A stretch of 64,000 nt of DNA from Marmoricola sp. (lineage in GTDB: Bacteria; Actinomycetota; Actinomycetes; Propionibacteriales; Nocardioidaceae). The stretch lies in the NCBI GenBank assembly GCA_046598495.1, contig JBKJIR010000005.1:15530-79529 (forward strand), read 5' to 3'. Positions 30,926 through 40,641 of this stretch are shown here, in pieces. The notes beneath the pieces were generated by a model. It had not been told where the DNA came from. It did no database searches and worked only from the letters and a program-made list of their open reading frames with translations. Numbering within the stretch: position 1 is the stretch's first letter; the number at the start of each line of letters is the position of its first letter. The translations under genes and the position numbers were made by a program.

Positions 30926-31558
30926 TCAGGCGCGCCAGACCGGCGCGACCTCGCGCCGGTAGCGGCGTCCGAAGATGCCGCCGATGATCGCGAGCACCGG
31001 CCTCGGGACGTAGGTCTCGATCGCGTCCCGCGCATCGGGTTCCGCGTCGTCGAGCACCCAGGAGAAGAAGGTGCCGCCGACGCCCGGGGACACCTTCCCG
31101 AACTTCTTGCCCATCTCCTTGATCGCGGGGTGGTCGGCGTGCTCGAGCAGTACCCGCTCGGAGATCTCCTCCTCGTGCGCGAGGTGGGTCTCGGTGACCG
31201 TCTCGAGCTCGACGACGGTGGCCCGGAAAGCGGCCGCGTCGGCGCTGGAGGCCGTCGTACGGAAGGACGCCATGGAGGAGCGCGCACCGGCGAGGGCGGC
31301 AGCCATCGCCCCGTGCTCGGAGTCGAACCTGTCGATCTGGTCCTGGGTGACCCCCACCGCGAGCATCGCCGGCCAGGCGATCTCGTGCTCTCCCTCGTGG
31401 TGATGGGTCAGCTGGGCATCGAAGTTGTCCCAGGCCGTGCCCAGTGCGGCAGCCCGTGCGGTGTCCCCGTCGGTGAAACGCCCGCTGGCGTCGAGGAAGC
31501 GCTTCAGGTCCCGTCTTACCGCGCAGTGTATCGCCTTGTTCATCGTCATGGTCGGCAT
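30926..31558 (-). CDS. Hemerythrin domain protein
   Basis: [24 protein letters not shown]. Confidence 0.85.
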   Translation of the reverse strand: MPTMTMNKAIHCAVRRDLKRFLDASGRFTDGDTARAAALGTAWDNFDAQLTHHHEGEHEIAWPAMLAVGVTQDQIDRFDSEHGAMAAALAGARSSMASFRTTASSADAAAFRATVVELETVTETHLAHEEEISERVLLEHADHPAIKEMGKKFGKVSPGVGGTFFSWVLDDAEPDARDAIETYVPRPVLAIIGGIFGRRYRREVAPVWRA

Positions 31559-31621
31559 GACCGCACGCTATCGCCGCCGGCCGATTCTGCCGAGGGGTCC
31601 TCGGAGCCGTAAACTCCGCGG

Positions 31622-32698
31622 GTGGCTCTCACTATCGGCATCGTCGGACTCCCCAACGCAGGCAAGTCCACGCTCTTCAACGCGCTCACCAAGAACAACG
31701 TGCTCGCGGCGAACTACCCGTTCGCCACGATCGAGCCCAACGTGGGCGTCGTCGCGGTGCCGGACGAGCGGCTGGCCGCGCTCGCCGAGATCTTCGGCTC
31801 TGCGAAGGTACTGCCCGCAAGTGTCGAGTTCGTCGACATCGCGGGGATCGTCGCCGGCGCCTCGCAGGGCGAGGGCCTGGGCAACAAGTTCCTCTCCCAC
31901 ATCCGCGAGGCGAGCGCGATCTGCCAGGTGACCCGGGTCTTCCGCGACGAGGACGTCACCCACGTCGACGGCGAGGTGAACCCGGCCTCGGACATCGGCA
32001 CCATCCAGACCGAGATGATCCTGGCCGACCTGCAGACCGTGGAGAAGGCGATCCCGCGGCTGGAGAAGGAGACCCGGGGCAACAAGGCGATCGCTGCGAA
32101 CCTGGCCGCCACGGTCGAGGCCAAGGCGCTGCTCGAGGCCGGTACGCCGATCATCGCCTCCAAGATCGACCTCGAGCTGGTCCGGGAGCTCAGCCTGCTG
32201 ACGGCCAAGCCCTACATCTACGTCTTCAACTGCGACGCCGACGAGCTCGGGGACGAGAACCTCAAGAACGAGATGCGAGCGTTGGTCGCGCCCGCCGAGG
32301 CGATCTTCCTGGACGCGAAATTCGAGGCCGAGCTCGTCGAGCTGGGCGACGACGGCGAGGCGCGCGAGATGCTCGCCGAGATGGGCGTGACCGAGCCCGG
32401 CCTGGATGTCCTGGCGCGCGTCGGTTTCGACACCCTCGGCCTGCAGACCTACCTCACCGCCGGGCCCAAGGAAGCGCGCGCCTGGACGATCAAGAAGGGT
32501 GCCACCGCACCGGAGGCCGCCGGCGTCATCCACACCGACTTCCAGAAGGGCTTCATCAAGGCCGAGATCGTCTCCTACGACGACCTCGTCGCCGCGGGGT
32601 CCATGACGGCTGCCAAGGGGGCCGGCAAGGTGCGGATGGAAGGCAAGGAGTACGTGATGACGGACGGGGACGTAGTGGAGTTCCGCTTCAACGTCTGA
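31622..32698 (+). CDS. ychF: Redox-regulated ATPase YchF
   Basis: [40 protein letters not shown] domain ending DVVEFRFNV. Confidence 0.97.
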   Translation: MALTIGIVGLPNAGKSTLFNALTKNNVLAANYPFATIEPNVGVVAVPDERLAALAEIFGSAKVLPASVEFVDIAGIVAGASQGEGLGNKFLSHIREASAICQVTRVFRDEDVTHVDGEVNPASDIGTIQTEMILADLQTVEKAIPRLEKETRGNKAIAANLAATVEAKALLEAGTPIIASKIDLELVRELSLLTAKPYIYVFNCDADELGDENLKNEMRALVAPAEAIFLDAKFEAELVELGDDGEAREMLAEMGVTEPGLDVLARVGFDTLGLQTYLTAGPKEARAWTIKKGATAPEAAGVIHTDFQKGFIKAEIVSYDDLVAAGSMTAAKGAGKVRMEGKEYVMTDGDVVEFRFNV

Positions 32699-32704
32699 AC
32701 CGCT

Positions 32705-32722
32705 GGTATCACTTTGGTACCA
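32705..32722. promoter_or_regulatory. Probable antitoxin operator
   Basis: TGGTATCA followed by TGGTACCA (palindromic half-sites) just upstream of the antitoxin start. Confidence 0.6.
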
Positions 32723-32729
32723 TCATTTC

Positions 32730-32933
32730 ATGGCCATGACACTGCGGTTGTCCGACGACCAGGACCAGGCGCTCGAGGCGCTGGCGCGCGCCGACGGCGT
32801 GAGCAAGCAGGAAGCTGCGGTGCGGGCTATCGCGGAGGCGGCGGCGCGTCGTGGTCATGAGGATCACGTGCATGCCCTTTCTGCCTCGGCACGTGACCGC
32901 TATGCCGATCTGTTGGAGCGACTCGGTCGGTGA
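32730..32933 (+). CDS. RHH/CopG-type antitoxin
   Basis: MAMTLRLSDD..ALEALA..GVSKQEA...RYADLLERLG; GTGA overlap with toxin. Confidence 0.85.
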   Translation: MAMTLRLSDDQDQALEALARADGVSKQEAAVRAIAEAAARRGHEDHVHALSASARDRYADLLERLGR

Positions 32934-33310
32934 CGACGTACCTGACGCTGGAGGACCTCCTCCAGTTGGTGGCTGACCTCGGAGTCGGCCCGATCCGGGA
33001 TCTCGGTCTTCTCGACTCGGCAGCACACCGGCCGACCACCTCGCTGTACGGGCGCGATGCCTACGAGGGTCCGGACGCGAAAGCCGCGGTTCTTCTCGAG
33101 TCGCTGGTCCGCAACCATGCACTCGTCGACGGCAACAAGCGGATCGGATGGTTGGCGGTCGTGGTTTTCTACGGGCTCAACGGGTTCGACCTCGACGCAC
33201 CCGATGATGATGCCTTCGACCTGGTGGTGGGCATGGCCGCAGGAGAAGTGGAACCCGGCGAGGCAGCTGCGCGGCTTCACCTGTGGCGTTCTTCTCGGGT
33301 TGATCCGTAG
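32930..33310 (+). CDS. Doc/Fic family (death-on-curing) toxin
   Basis: IRDLGLLDSAAHRP, KAAVLLESL, NHALVDGNKR. Confidence 0.9.
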   Translation: MTTYLTLEDLLQLVADLGVGPIRDLGLLDSAAHRPTTSLYGRDAYEGPDAKAAVLLESLVRNHALVDGNKRIGWLAVVVFYGLNGFDLDAPDDDAFDLVVGMAAGEVEPGEAAARLHLWRSSRVDP

Positions 33311-33408
33311 CGGAGCTCGGTGGAGTTCGGCTTCAACGTTCGAGTGTTGAATTCGCATCCCCTTTCTACGACGAGTTCCGTTTCCGTCCTCGAGTTCAGG
33401 AGGCTTGT

Positions 33409-34080
33409 GTGGCAGCCGCCATCGACCTGCTCGTCGTCGGTGACGACGCGGCAGCCTGGCGGAGCGCCGGGTTCGCGGTCGACTGCGCTGCGGTGTGCCG
33501 GATCGGCGGGGTCGGGATTAGTTTGGTCGGCCGCGACCGCGGCACCGGCATCCTCGGCTGGGGGCTGCGCGGCCTGCCGGACGGCTGGGTCGGGGACGAC
33601 CTCGACGGGGTGCCGACGACGTCGACCGGTGAGGCCTTGGTCCCGGCGTCGCCCGGGTCGGGGGAGCCGCACCCCAACGGCGTCCTCGGCATCGATCACC
33701 TCGTCCTGCTCTCGCCCGACCTGGCCCGGACGGTGACGGCGTTCGCCGCCGTCGGCGCGGAGCCTCGTCTCGAACGGGACGGCGAGCTCGGCGGGCGGCC
33801 GGTTCGCCAGATTTTCTTCCGCTTCGGTGAGGTCGTCGTGGAGGTCGTCGGGGCGCCGGGATCGGCGTCGCCCGGTCGGTCGACGTTGTGGGGGATCACC
33901 TACGAGGTCGCCGACCTGGACAGGACCGCCGCCTACTTCGGCGACCGGACGTCACCGGTCAAGGACGCCGTCCAACCGGGCCGCCGGATCTCCACCCTGC
34001 GACACCGGGTGTTCGACCTGTCGGTCCGGACCGCTCTGATCTCGGCGCCGGAGCCGCACGGCACGGCTGGCAGGGCATGA
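33409..34080 (+). CDS. VOC/glyoxalase-like protein
   Basis: [28 protein letters not shown]; AGGAGG RBS. Confidence 0.8.
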   Translation: MAAAIDLLVVGDDAAAWRSAGFAVDCAAVCRIGGVGISLVGRDRGTGILGWGLRGLPDGWVGDDLDGVPTTSTGEALVPASPGSGEPHPNGVLGIDHLVLLSPDLARTVTAFAAVGAEPRLERDGELGGRPVRQIFFRFGEVVVEVVGAPGSASPGRSTLWGITYEVADLDRTAAYFGDRTSPVKDAVQPGRRISTLRHRVFDLSVRTALISAPEPHGTAGRA

Positions 34081-34544
34081 TGACGGTCGTGACAGAAGAC
34101 GTGGTGGTCATCCACACCGACGGCGGCTGCACCCCGAACCCCGGACCCGGTGGTTGGGGCGCCGTCCTGCGGCAGCGGGAGCACGTGCTGGAGCTCTGCG
34201 GGGGCGAGCCCGAGGCGACCACCAACAACCGGATGGAGCTGACCGCGCCGATCATGGCGCTGGAGGCGCTGAAAAGGTCCGCCGTCGTGCACCTCTACAC
34301 CGACAGCACCTACGTGCGGAACGGCATCACGACCTGGGTGCACGCCTGGAAGAGCAACGGATGGAAGACCTCGGCCAAGCAGCCGGTCAAGAACGTCGAC
34401 CTCTGGCAACGGCTCGAGGAGGCCTGCTCCCGGCACCAGGTCGAGTGGCACTGGGTGAAGGGTCACGCCGGTGTCGCCGACAACGAGCTCGCGGACGAGC
34501 TCGCCACCCGCGGGATGCAGCAGGCGATGGGTCTCTCGGGCTGA
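34077..34544 (+). CDS. rnhA: Ribonuclease HI
   Basis: [50 protein letters not shown]. Confidence 0.95.
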   Translation: MMTVVTEDVVVIHTDGGCTPNPGPGGWGAVLRQREHVLELCGGEPEATTNNRMELTAPIMALEALKRSAVVHLYTDSTYVRNGITTWVHAWKSNGWKTSAKQPVKNVDLWQRLEEACSRHQVEWHWVKGHAGVADNELADELATRGMQQAMGLSG

Positions 34545-34551
34545 CCGTTCG

Positions 34552-35118
34552 TCAGCTCTGCTGGCGGGCGGCGCGGCGTACGACGAGCGAGCCGAGCAGG
34601 ACGGCGCCGAGCCCGAGGGCCAACGGCCAGTGTTGGGGACCGCCCGTGTTCGGGAGGACCCCGCCGGTGCCGTTGCCGTTGCCACCGGGCGGGCTCACCG
34701 CGCTCCCCGTGGGCAGGACGGTGATGGTGATGGTCTTCGTCCAGCTCGGCGGGACGGTGACCGTGAGCCGCTGGGAGACTCCGCCCCGGACGCCGGTCGG
34801 GCCCGTGGACCTCGGCGGCGCGGGGGCTGCGTAGAAGCAACGAGCCTTCAGAGGGATCTTGGTCAGCCTGGTGACCGACGGTGCCGTGAAGGTGGCCGTC
34901 ACCCGGCGTGGATCCCCGGTCCGGCGTTCGCCGTTCCACTCCAGGACCCAGTCGCAGTCGGTCCGGGAGGTCCCCGTCGCGGTGAACCGCTCGCCGCTGA
35001 AGAGGACCTTGCGGTCGACCTTCAGGGCGAACCGGGAAGCGCTGTCCGCCTGCGCGGGGAACGACAGCGCCAGCACACCGACCAGGACGATCAGGAAGCA
35101 CGAAGCGAGCTTCTTCAT
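34552..35118 (-). CDS. Sortase-anchored (LPNTG) surface protein
   Basis: Signal peptide; LPNTG + hydrophobic segment + RRAAR tail. Confidence 0.82.
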   Translation of the reverse strand: MKKLASCFLIVLVGVLALSFPAQADSASRFALKVDRKVLFSGERFTATGTSRTDCDWVLEWNGERRTGDPRRVTATFTAPSVTRLTKIPLKARCFYAAPAPPRSTGPTGVRGGVSQRLTVTVPPSWTKTITITVLPTGSAVSPPGGNGNGTGGVLPNTGGPQHWPLALGLGAVLLGSLVVRRAARQQS

Positions 35119-35272
35119 CGGTGGCCCCCCTGACGGTCAATGACGATCGGGCACAGGCTCACACACGAAGGTGAACAGAAGGACTGGAACGCTCCCGAAG
35201 GTCGGCGTACGACGGTGACGCGCCGGGTCCCCCGGGCGCCCTGGCCCTGGGCCGCGCGCCTAGAGTGGAGGG

Positions 35273-35713
35273 GTGTTCTCCCAGCTCGCGACGGCGCTGA
35301 CGCTCGTCGCTCTCTCCCTCACCCTCGGTGCCTGTGGCCGTTCGGACGCCATCAAGGAGCACCAGGCCTTCTGCAGCGCGCGCGAGTCGCTCTACAAGGT
35401 CGAGGACGAGGGCACGGTCGGGGAGTTCGGCCCGGCCCTGAAGACGTTCGCCGACCGGGTTCCGAAGGGTGTCCCGTCGGAGCTGTCCTTCACCGCGAAG
35501 ACGATGACCAGCACCTGGGACGAGCTCTACGCGACCTACGACCAGAGCGGTGGCGACCCGGACGTGAAGCTCGAGGTCGACGGAGTTGTTCCGCCGGAGA
35601 TCGCCGGGATGAACGCCGAATGGGTCCGTGGTCTGGACATGGCCAAGGTCAAGAAGCTCTACGTGTACGCCGACGAGGAGTGCGCGAGCCCGCCCGAGGA
35701 GGAGCAGCCGTGA
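35273..35713 (+). CDS. Hypothetical lipoprotein
   Basis: Lipobox TLGAC; Cys pair; TAGAGT -10 six nt upstream. Confidence 0.72.
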   Translation: MFSQLATALTLVALSLTLGACGRSDAIKEHQAFCSARESLYKVEDEGTVGEFGPALKTFADRVPKGVPSELSFTAKTMTSTWDELYATYDQSGGDPDVKLEVDGVVPPEIAGMNAEWVRGLDMAKVKKLYVYADEECASPPEEEQP

Positions 35714-36210
35714 TCCAGGGTTTTTCACACGTCGGCGTTGCCGTCACCGACCTGGAACGGTCGGTGCGCTTCTACTCCGACGTCTTCGGGTTCGCCCAGC
35801 TCTACCAGCTCGACTTCAACGACGACGAGGTCGCAGCGACGATGGAGCAGTCGGGCGCGTTCCGTTCCGCGATGCTCATCCGCGACGACGTCCGGGTCGA
35901 GCTGCTGCAGTGGGTCGACGTACCGACGACCGGGTCGGGGGAGCGGAAGCCGATGACCGAGCTCGGCTTCACCCATCTGTCCTTCCGGGTCGACGACGTG
36001 CACGAGCTCACCGCGGCAGTGCTGGCAGCGGGCGGTGCGGTGCACCCGCAGACGCTCACCTTCCTGGGGGCCGAGGGGTCCCCGCAGACGGGCCTGCTCT
36101 ACCTGACCGACCCGGACGGCACCCGGATCGAGGTCATGTCCAACGTCCCGGACCTGTCCGGGTTCACCGCAGCGGACGTCGCGGCACTCTCCGGGGCAGC
36201 CGACAGCTGA
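35710..36210 (+). CDS. VOC family protein
   Basis: SHVGVAVTDLERSVRFY, GFTHLSFRVDD, DPDGTRIE; GTGA overlap. Confidence 0.88.
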   Translation: MIQGFSHVGVAVTDLERSVRFYSDVFGFAQLYQLDFNDDEVAATMEQSGAFRSAMLIRDDVRVELLQWVDVPTTGSGERKPMTELGFTHLSFRVDDVHELTAAVLAAGGAVHPQTLTFLGAEGSPQTGLLYLTDPDGTRIEVMSNVPDLSGFTAADVAALSGAADS

Positions 36211-36214
36211 CCGG

Positions 36215-37261
36215 CTAGGCCCCGCCGTGCTGCTGCACGTGCCGGGCGACGGCCGCGACGAAGGTGTCCACGTCGGCCTCGGTGGTGTCCCACGAGCACA
36301 TCCAGCGGACCTCGCCGGTGTGCTCGTCCCAGACGTAGAAGACGAAGCCGTCGGCGTACAGGGCCTCGCGCAGCGCCTCGGGCAGGATCACGAAGACGGC
36401 GTTGGACTGGGTCTCCTGGGTGACCTTCACCCCGGGCAGGTCCCGGACGGCGTCCGCGAGCCGCTGCGCCATCGCGTTGGCGTGCGAGGCGCTCCGCTCC
36501 CAGAGCCCGTCGGTGAGCAGGGCGTCGAACTGCGCGGCGACGTACCGATGCTTGGAGGCCAGCTGCATCGCGGACTTCCGTCGCCACGCGAAGCCGTCGG
36601 CGAAGCGGTCCTCCCAGAGCACCACCGCCTCGGCGCCCAGCCCGCCGTTCTTGGTCGCGCCGAGGGAGAGTGCGTCGACGCCGAGGTCGCGGGTGGCCTC
36701 GCGGAGGCTGATCCCCTGGGCGGCGGTCGCGTTCATGATCCGGGCGCCGTCGAGGTGCAGCAGCATCCCGCGCTCGTGGGCGAAGTCGGCCAGGGCGCGG
36801 ATCTCGTCGCGCTCGTACCGGGTGCCGAGCTCGGTGGACTGGGTGATCGAGATGACGGCGGGCTGCACGGCGTGCTCGTCTCCGAACCTGATCGCCCGCG
36901 CCGCCACCCGGTCGGGGCTGAGCTTGCCGTCCGGGGTCGCCACCGGCAGCAGCTTCCGCGACAGCAGCCGTTCGGGTGCCCCGCCCTCGTCGACGTAGAT
37001 GTGCGCGCTCTCTGCGCAGATCACTGCCTGGTGGGCGAAGGGGGCGAGCGACTCGAGGCAGAGGACGTTGGCTGCCGTGCCGCCCCAGACGAAGAAGACG
37101 TGCGCCTCGGCCCCGAGGTGCTCGCGGACCCGTTCGACGGCGCGCGCAGTCATCGGGTCGGCGCCGTACGCCACCACGTGGCCGAGCCGGTCCGCCTCAC
37201 CGATCGCGGCCAGGACCTCGGGGTGCACGCCGGCGTAGTTGTCACTCGCGAACGCGGTCAT
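36215..37261 (-). CDS. Low-specificity L-threonine aldolase (beta-eliminating lyase family)
   Basis: FASDNYAG, GGTAAN, SITQSTELG, HLDGAR, GATKNG (PLP Lys); start moved to ATG 37261. Confidence 0.9.
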   Translation of the reverse strand: MTAFASDNYAGVHPEVLAAIGEADRLGHVVAYGADPMTARAVERVREHLGAEAHVFFVWGGTAANVLCLESLAPFAHQAVICAESAHIYVDEGGAPERLLSRKLLPVATPDGKLSPDRVAARAIRFGDEHAVQPAVISITQSTELGTRYERDEIRALADFAHERGMLLHLDGARIMNATAAQGISLREATRDLGVDALSLGATKNGGLGAEAVVLWEDRFADGFAWRRKSAMQLASKHRYVAAQFDALLTDGLWERSASHANAMAQRLADAVRDLPGVKVTQETQSNAVFVILPEALREALYADGFVFYVWDEHTGEVRWMCSWDTTEADVDTFVAAVARHVQQHGGA

Positions 37262-38001
37262 CGGCGGGTCCCTCCGTGTAGGGAGACACGTTGGCCGTTC
37301 ATCGAGCTGGCCCCGTCGGCGCAGAGCGCGCAGAGCGCTGCGGCGATGTCCTCGGCGTCGGTGAAGTTGCTCAGGGCCTCGTCGTCCTTGCCCTCGCGCA
37401 TCGCCGGGGTCGCGATCGCGTCGACCACGATGATGTTCGCGGTGGCGCGACCGGCGTCGGCACCGGAGGAGAACCCGTCGGCCAGGGCCAGGGTCCACGC
37501 CTCGGCTGCCGCCTTGCCGGCGGCGTACGCGGCGTTCTTGTACGTCGGTGCCTGCGCCTGCTTGCTGCTGATCAGGACGAACCGGCCGTGCCCGCTGTCT
37601 CGCAGGGCCGCCCCGAAGGCGCGGGTGGTGTGCTGGACGGTGCGGACGAGCAGGTCGTGCAGGAGGGTCCAGTCCGCCAGCGGCGCGGTCTCCAGCGGTT
37701 GCCCGCCCTTCCAGCCGCCGACGAGGTGGGCGAGCCCGGAGACGGAGCCGAAACGCTCGACCAACTCCGCGCACCACACATGGGCCGCGTCGTCGTCGAG
37801 CAGGTCCACGACCCGGGCGTCGATCCGCTCGGCCGGCAGTCCGAGCTCGGCGACCAGGGCGTCGAGCCGCTCGCCGTCGCGGTCGGTCAGGGCGAGGGTG
37901 GCGCCGGCCTCGGCGAGCGCCCCTGCCACCACCGGACCCAGGCCACCGGTCGCGCCGGCGATCGCGATGACCCGGCCGTGCAGCGGTCCGTCGGCGCTCA
38001 T
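37258..38001 (-). CDS. SDR family oxidoreductase
   Basis: GATGGLG, HLVGGW, YAAGK; start moved to ATG 38001 (ATGA overlaps both sides). Confidence 0.88.
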   Translation of the reverse strand: MSADGPLHGRVIAIAGATGGLGPVVAGALAEAGATLALTDRDGERLDALVAELGLPAERIDARVVDLLDDDAAHVWCAELVERFGSVSGLAHLVGGWKGGQPLETAPLADWTLLHDLLVRTVQHTTRAFGAALRDSGHGRFVLISSKQAQAPTYKNAAYAAGKAAAEAWTLALADGFSSGADAGRATANIIVVDAIATPAMREGKDDEALSNFTDAEDIAAALCALCADGASSMNGQRVSLHGGTRR

Positions 38002-40118
38002 GCCTGGGTCCCGGCGTCCAGGACGGGCGCGAGCTTGGGGCGGAGCTGGGTGTAGAAGACGCTCAACGGGAACTCGTCGTCCTTCACGGCATCGATCCAT
38101 TTCTTCGGGTCGGGCTCGTCGTGCAACGCCCGGGCGCCGTCGGCCCAGGCCGAGTTGACCGCCGGGACGACGTACGAGCTGACGAGTTCATGGGCAGACA
38201 TCCAGTAGCGCACCTTCTCCAGGTCGATCCCGGAGCGGTACAGGTCCTCCACTTTCTCACGGAGCGCGACGACGCTGTCCGCGACGGTCTTCCAGTCGAT
38301 GCTCAGCCGGTTGTCGGTCCACGTCAGGGTGCCGCGGTCGCGCAGGAACGCGAACAGCAGCTGGCCGCCGAGCCCGTCGTAGTTCCGGACCCGGGAGCCG
38401 GTGACCGGGAAGCGGAACAGCCGGTCGAAGAGGATCGCGGTCTGCACGTGCCGGGCGACCGCGAGTCCATCTCCTTCCAGCAGGACCGCTTCGCCGAAGG
38501 CGGTGAGGTCGCAGCGCAGCTCCTCCAAGGAGTACATCCAGTACGGCATCCGCTGCCGGATCATGAACGGGTCGAAGGGCAGGTCGCCCCGGCTGTGCGC
38601 CCGGTCGTGGATCAGGTCCCAGAGGACGAAGGCCTCCTGGGAGAGCCGCGGTGAGGCGAGCAGCGCTTCGGCATCGGCGGGCAGGTTGACGCCGAGAACC
38701 TCGGTCGCTGCACCGCAGACGCGACGGAACCGCTCTGCTTCGCGGTCGCAGAAGATACCGCCGAAGTTGTTCTGCGGTGGGCCGGAGATGGCGAACGTCT
38801 CGGGGAAGAGCACGGCGCACTCGCTGTCGTAGCCGGCCGTCCGGTCCACGAAGGTGACCGGCACGAACTTGGGGTTGTCGTACCGGGTCCGCTCGAGCTC
38901 GGCGAGCCAGTCCGGCCACGGCACCCGCACGACGAGTGCCTCGAACCGGGTGTCGCGGGAGCCGTTCTGGGTGTACATCGGGAAGAGCACGAGGTGCTCG
39001 ACCTGGTCGCGGCGGTCGAGCTCGGGACGGAACTCACGCAGCGCGCGGGAGAAGTCCGGGCGCGCGAACGCACCGTCGGCCCAGGACTTCAGGTCGGCGA
39101 CCGTGGCCTCGAGGTAGGCCCGCTGGTGGCGGAACCGCGGTGCCAGCCCGGCGACCGCGGCCGCGATCCGGGTGACGCGCCCGGACAGCTCGCCCGCGCC
39201 GTGCCGGGTGGTGTCGATGCTGCCGTCCGGCTCCTGGAGCAGGCGGAGCTGGTCGACCTCGTTCTTCAGGGCGACCCAGTGCGGGTCCTCGAGCACCGGT
39301 GAGACGACGTCGTCGCCGCCCGCCCGCGCGAAGGCCGCGTGCGCGGCCCAGGTGATGGTGTCGACCCAGAGGTTGCGGTGGTCCAGGTCGTCCAGGCAGT
39401 CGTCGCCGAAGAGGTCGGAGTCGGCGAAGACCGCGATCCGGCCCAGGCCGGCAAGGGCGGCGGCCATCAGCGGGGCGCCCGCCGGGTCGGCGGTCCGGGT
39501 CGTACGCAGGACGGGGGTCGCACCGTTGCGCAGCTCCAGCGAGCCGGCTCGGTAGAACGCGGCCTGCTCGACCCGGGCGAGTAGGTCGGCCCGACCGACC
39601 ACGGTCCGGGGGGACCCGCGCTCGCTGAGGACCCAGGCGGGGTTGTTGTCGTGCTGGTGCTCGTAGTCGTAGACCGTGGCATTGGTGAACCCGATCCCGA
39701 ACCGCCCGACGAGGGCACCCAGGTTGGTGCCGTACTTGGCCTCCTCGGTCTCCCCCAGGACGACGAGGCCGCCCCCGGCACGGACCCAGTCCTCGATCGC
39801 GTCGAGCTCGGCGGGGGAGAAGACCGGAGAACGTCCGTCGGTCTTCTCCCAGGTGGCCTCGGACGGGTGCGCGATCACCAGGACGTCCACGTCGGCGAGG
39901 GCGGCGGCGTCGAGCGGTCCGGCCCGGTGCGCGTCGATGAGGAGCTCGCGGCCGCCCAGTGCTGCCGCGGCGCCGGCGTACGACGAGTCGGCCGGGTGCG
40001 CGGGCTGGAGCTGGGCGGCACGGTCGGCGGAGATCGTCCACGCCTCGCCGTGGGACTCGTCGAAGAGGACCCGGGCCACCGGGGCAGGGGTGAGCGCAGT
40101 CGGCACGAGAGTCGGCAT
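37998..40118 (-). CDS. GIFT/DUF4350-like domain fused to DUF6421 family domain
   Basis: N-term VLFDESHGEAW...GGGLVVLGE...GRIAVFADSDLF; C-term LFPMYTQNG, WDLIHDRAHSRGDLPFDPFMI, SLEELRCD, NYDGLGGQ. Confidence 0.8.
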   Translation of the reverse strand: MPTLVPTALTPAPVARVLFDESHGEAWTISADRAAQLQPAHPADSSYAGAAAALGGRELLIDAHRAGPLDAAALADVDVLVIAHPSEATWEKTDGRSPVFSPAELDAIEDWVRAGGGLVVLGETEEAKYGTNLGALVGRFGIGFTNATVYDYEHQHDNNPAWVLSERGSPRTVVGRADLLARVEQAAFYRAGSLELRNGATPVLRTTRTADPAGAPLMAAALAGLGRIAVFADSDLFGDDCLDDLDHRNLWVDTITWAAHAAFARAGGDDVVSPVLEDPHWVALKNEVDQLRLLQEPDGSIDTTRHGAGELSGRVTRIAAAVAGLAPRFRHQRAYLEATVADLKSWADGAFARPDFSRALREFRPELDRRDQVEHLVLFPMYTQNGSRDTRFEALVVRVPWPDWLAELERTRYDNPKFVPVTFVDRTAGYDSECAVLFPETFAISGPPQNNFGGIFCDREAERFRRVCGAATEVLGVNLPADAEALLASPRLSQEAFVLWDLIHDRAHSRGDLPFDPFMIRQRMPYWMYSLEELRCDLTAFGEAVLLEGDGLAVARHVQTAILFDRLFRFPVTGSRVRNYDGLGGQLLFAFLRDRGTLTWTDNRLSIDWKTVADSVVALREKVEDLYRSGIDLEKVRYWMSAHELVSSYVVPAVNSAWADGARALHDEPDPKKWIDAVKDDEFPLSVFYTQLRPKLAPVLDAGTQA

Positions 40119-40191
40119 CCAACGAGCCTAGGGGGCCGCCACGGCGATGCTCAATGCCGATCGGGTGCCTCTATGCGGCAGAATCATGCGT

Positions 40192-40641
40192 ATGGACGAG
40201 GTCGACCGTCAGATTCTTGCGTTACTGTCCGAGGACGGCAGGCGTACCTTCGACGACATCGCGCAGCAGGTCTCGCTCTCGGCGCCGGCGGTGAAGCGAC
40301 GGGTGGACCGGCTGCGCAGCGCCGGCACCCTGCGCGGGTTCACCGCGGTCGTCGACCACCGTGCGCTCGGCTACGGCGCAGAGGCGCTGATCGAGCTCTT
40401 CTACGGCCCCGGGGTCACCCTCGACGCGGTCGCCGCTTCGCTGCGCCGGGTTCCCGAGGTGGTGGAGGCCTGGAGCGTCACCGGCGAGGCCGACGCCATC
40501 GCGCACGTGCGGACCCGCGACAACATCGACCTCGAGCGGCTCATCCGCGAGCTGCAGGCCGACGGCACCGTGGTCCGGACGCGTTCGCAGGTCGTGCTGT
40601 CCCGCCTGGTGCACCGCCGCGGGGAGAACGACGGTCAGTAG
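40192..40641 (+). CDS. Lrp/AsnC family regulator
   Basis: MDEVDRQIL..L.EDGR, SLSAPAVKRRVDRL, VTGEAD. Confidence 0.92.
   Translation: MDEVDRQILALLSEDGRRTFDDIAQQVSLSAPAVKRRVDRLRSAGTLRGFTAVVDHRALGYGAEALIELFYGPGVTLDAVAASLRRVPEVVEAWSVTGEADAIAHVRTRDNIDLERLIRELQADGTVVRTRSQVVLSRLVHRRGENDGQ

Larger units (their letters stand above)
32675..33339. mobile_element. Putative integrase-less mini-island (TA cassette) bounded by duplicated ychF 3' end
   Basis: GTGGAGTTCCGCTTCAACGT (32675-32694) vs GTGGAGTTCGGCTTCAACGT (33320-33339), 19/20 identical direct repeat. Confidence 0.65.
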
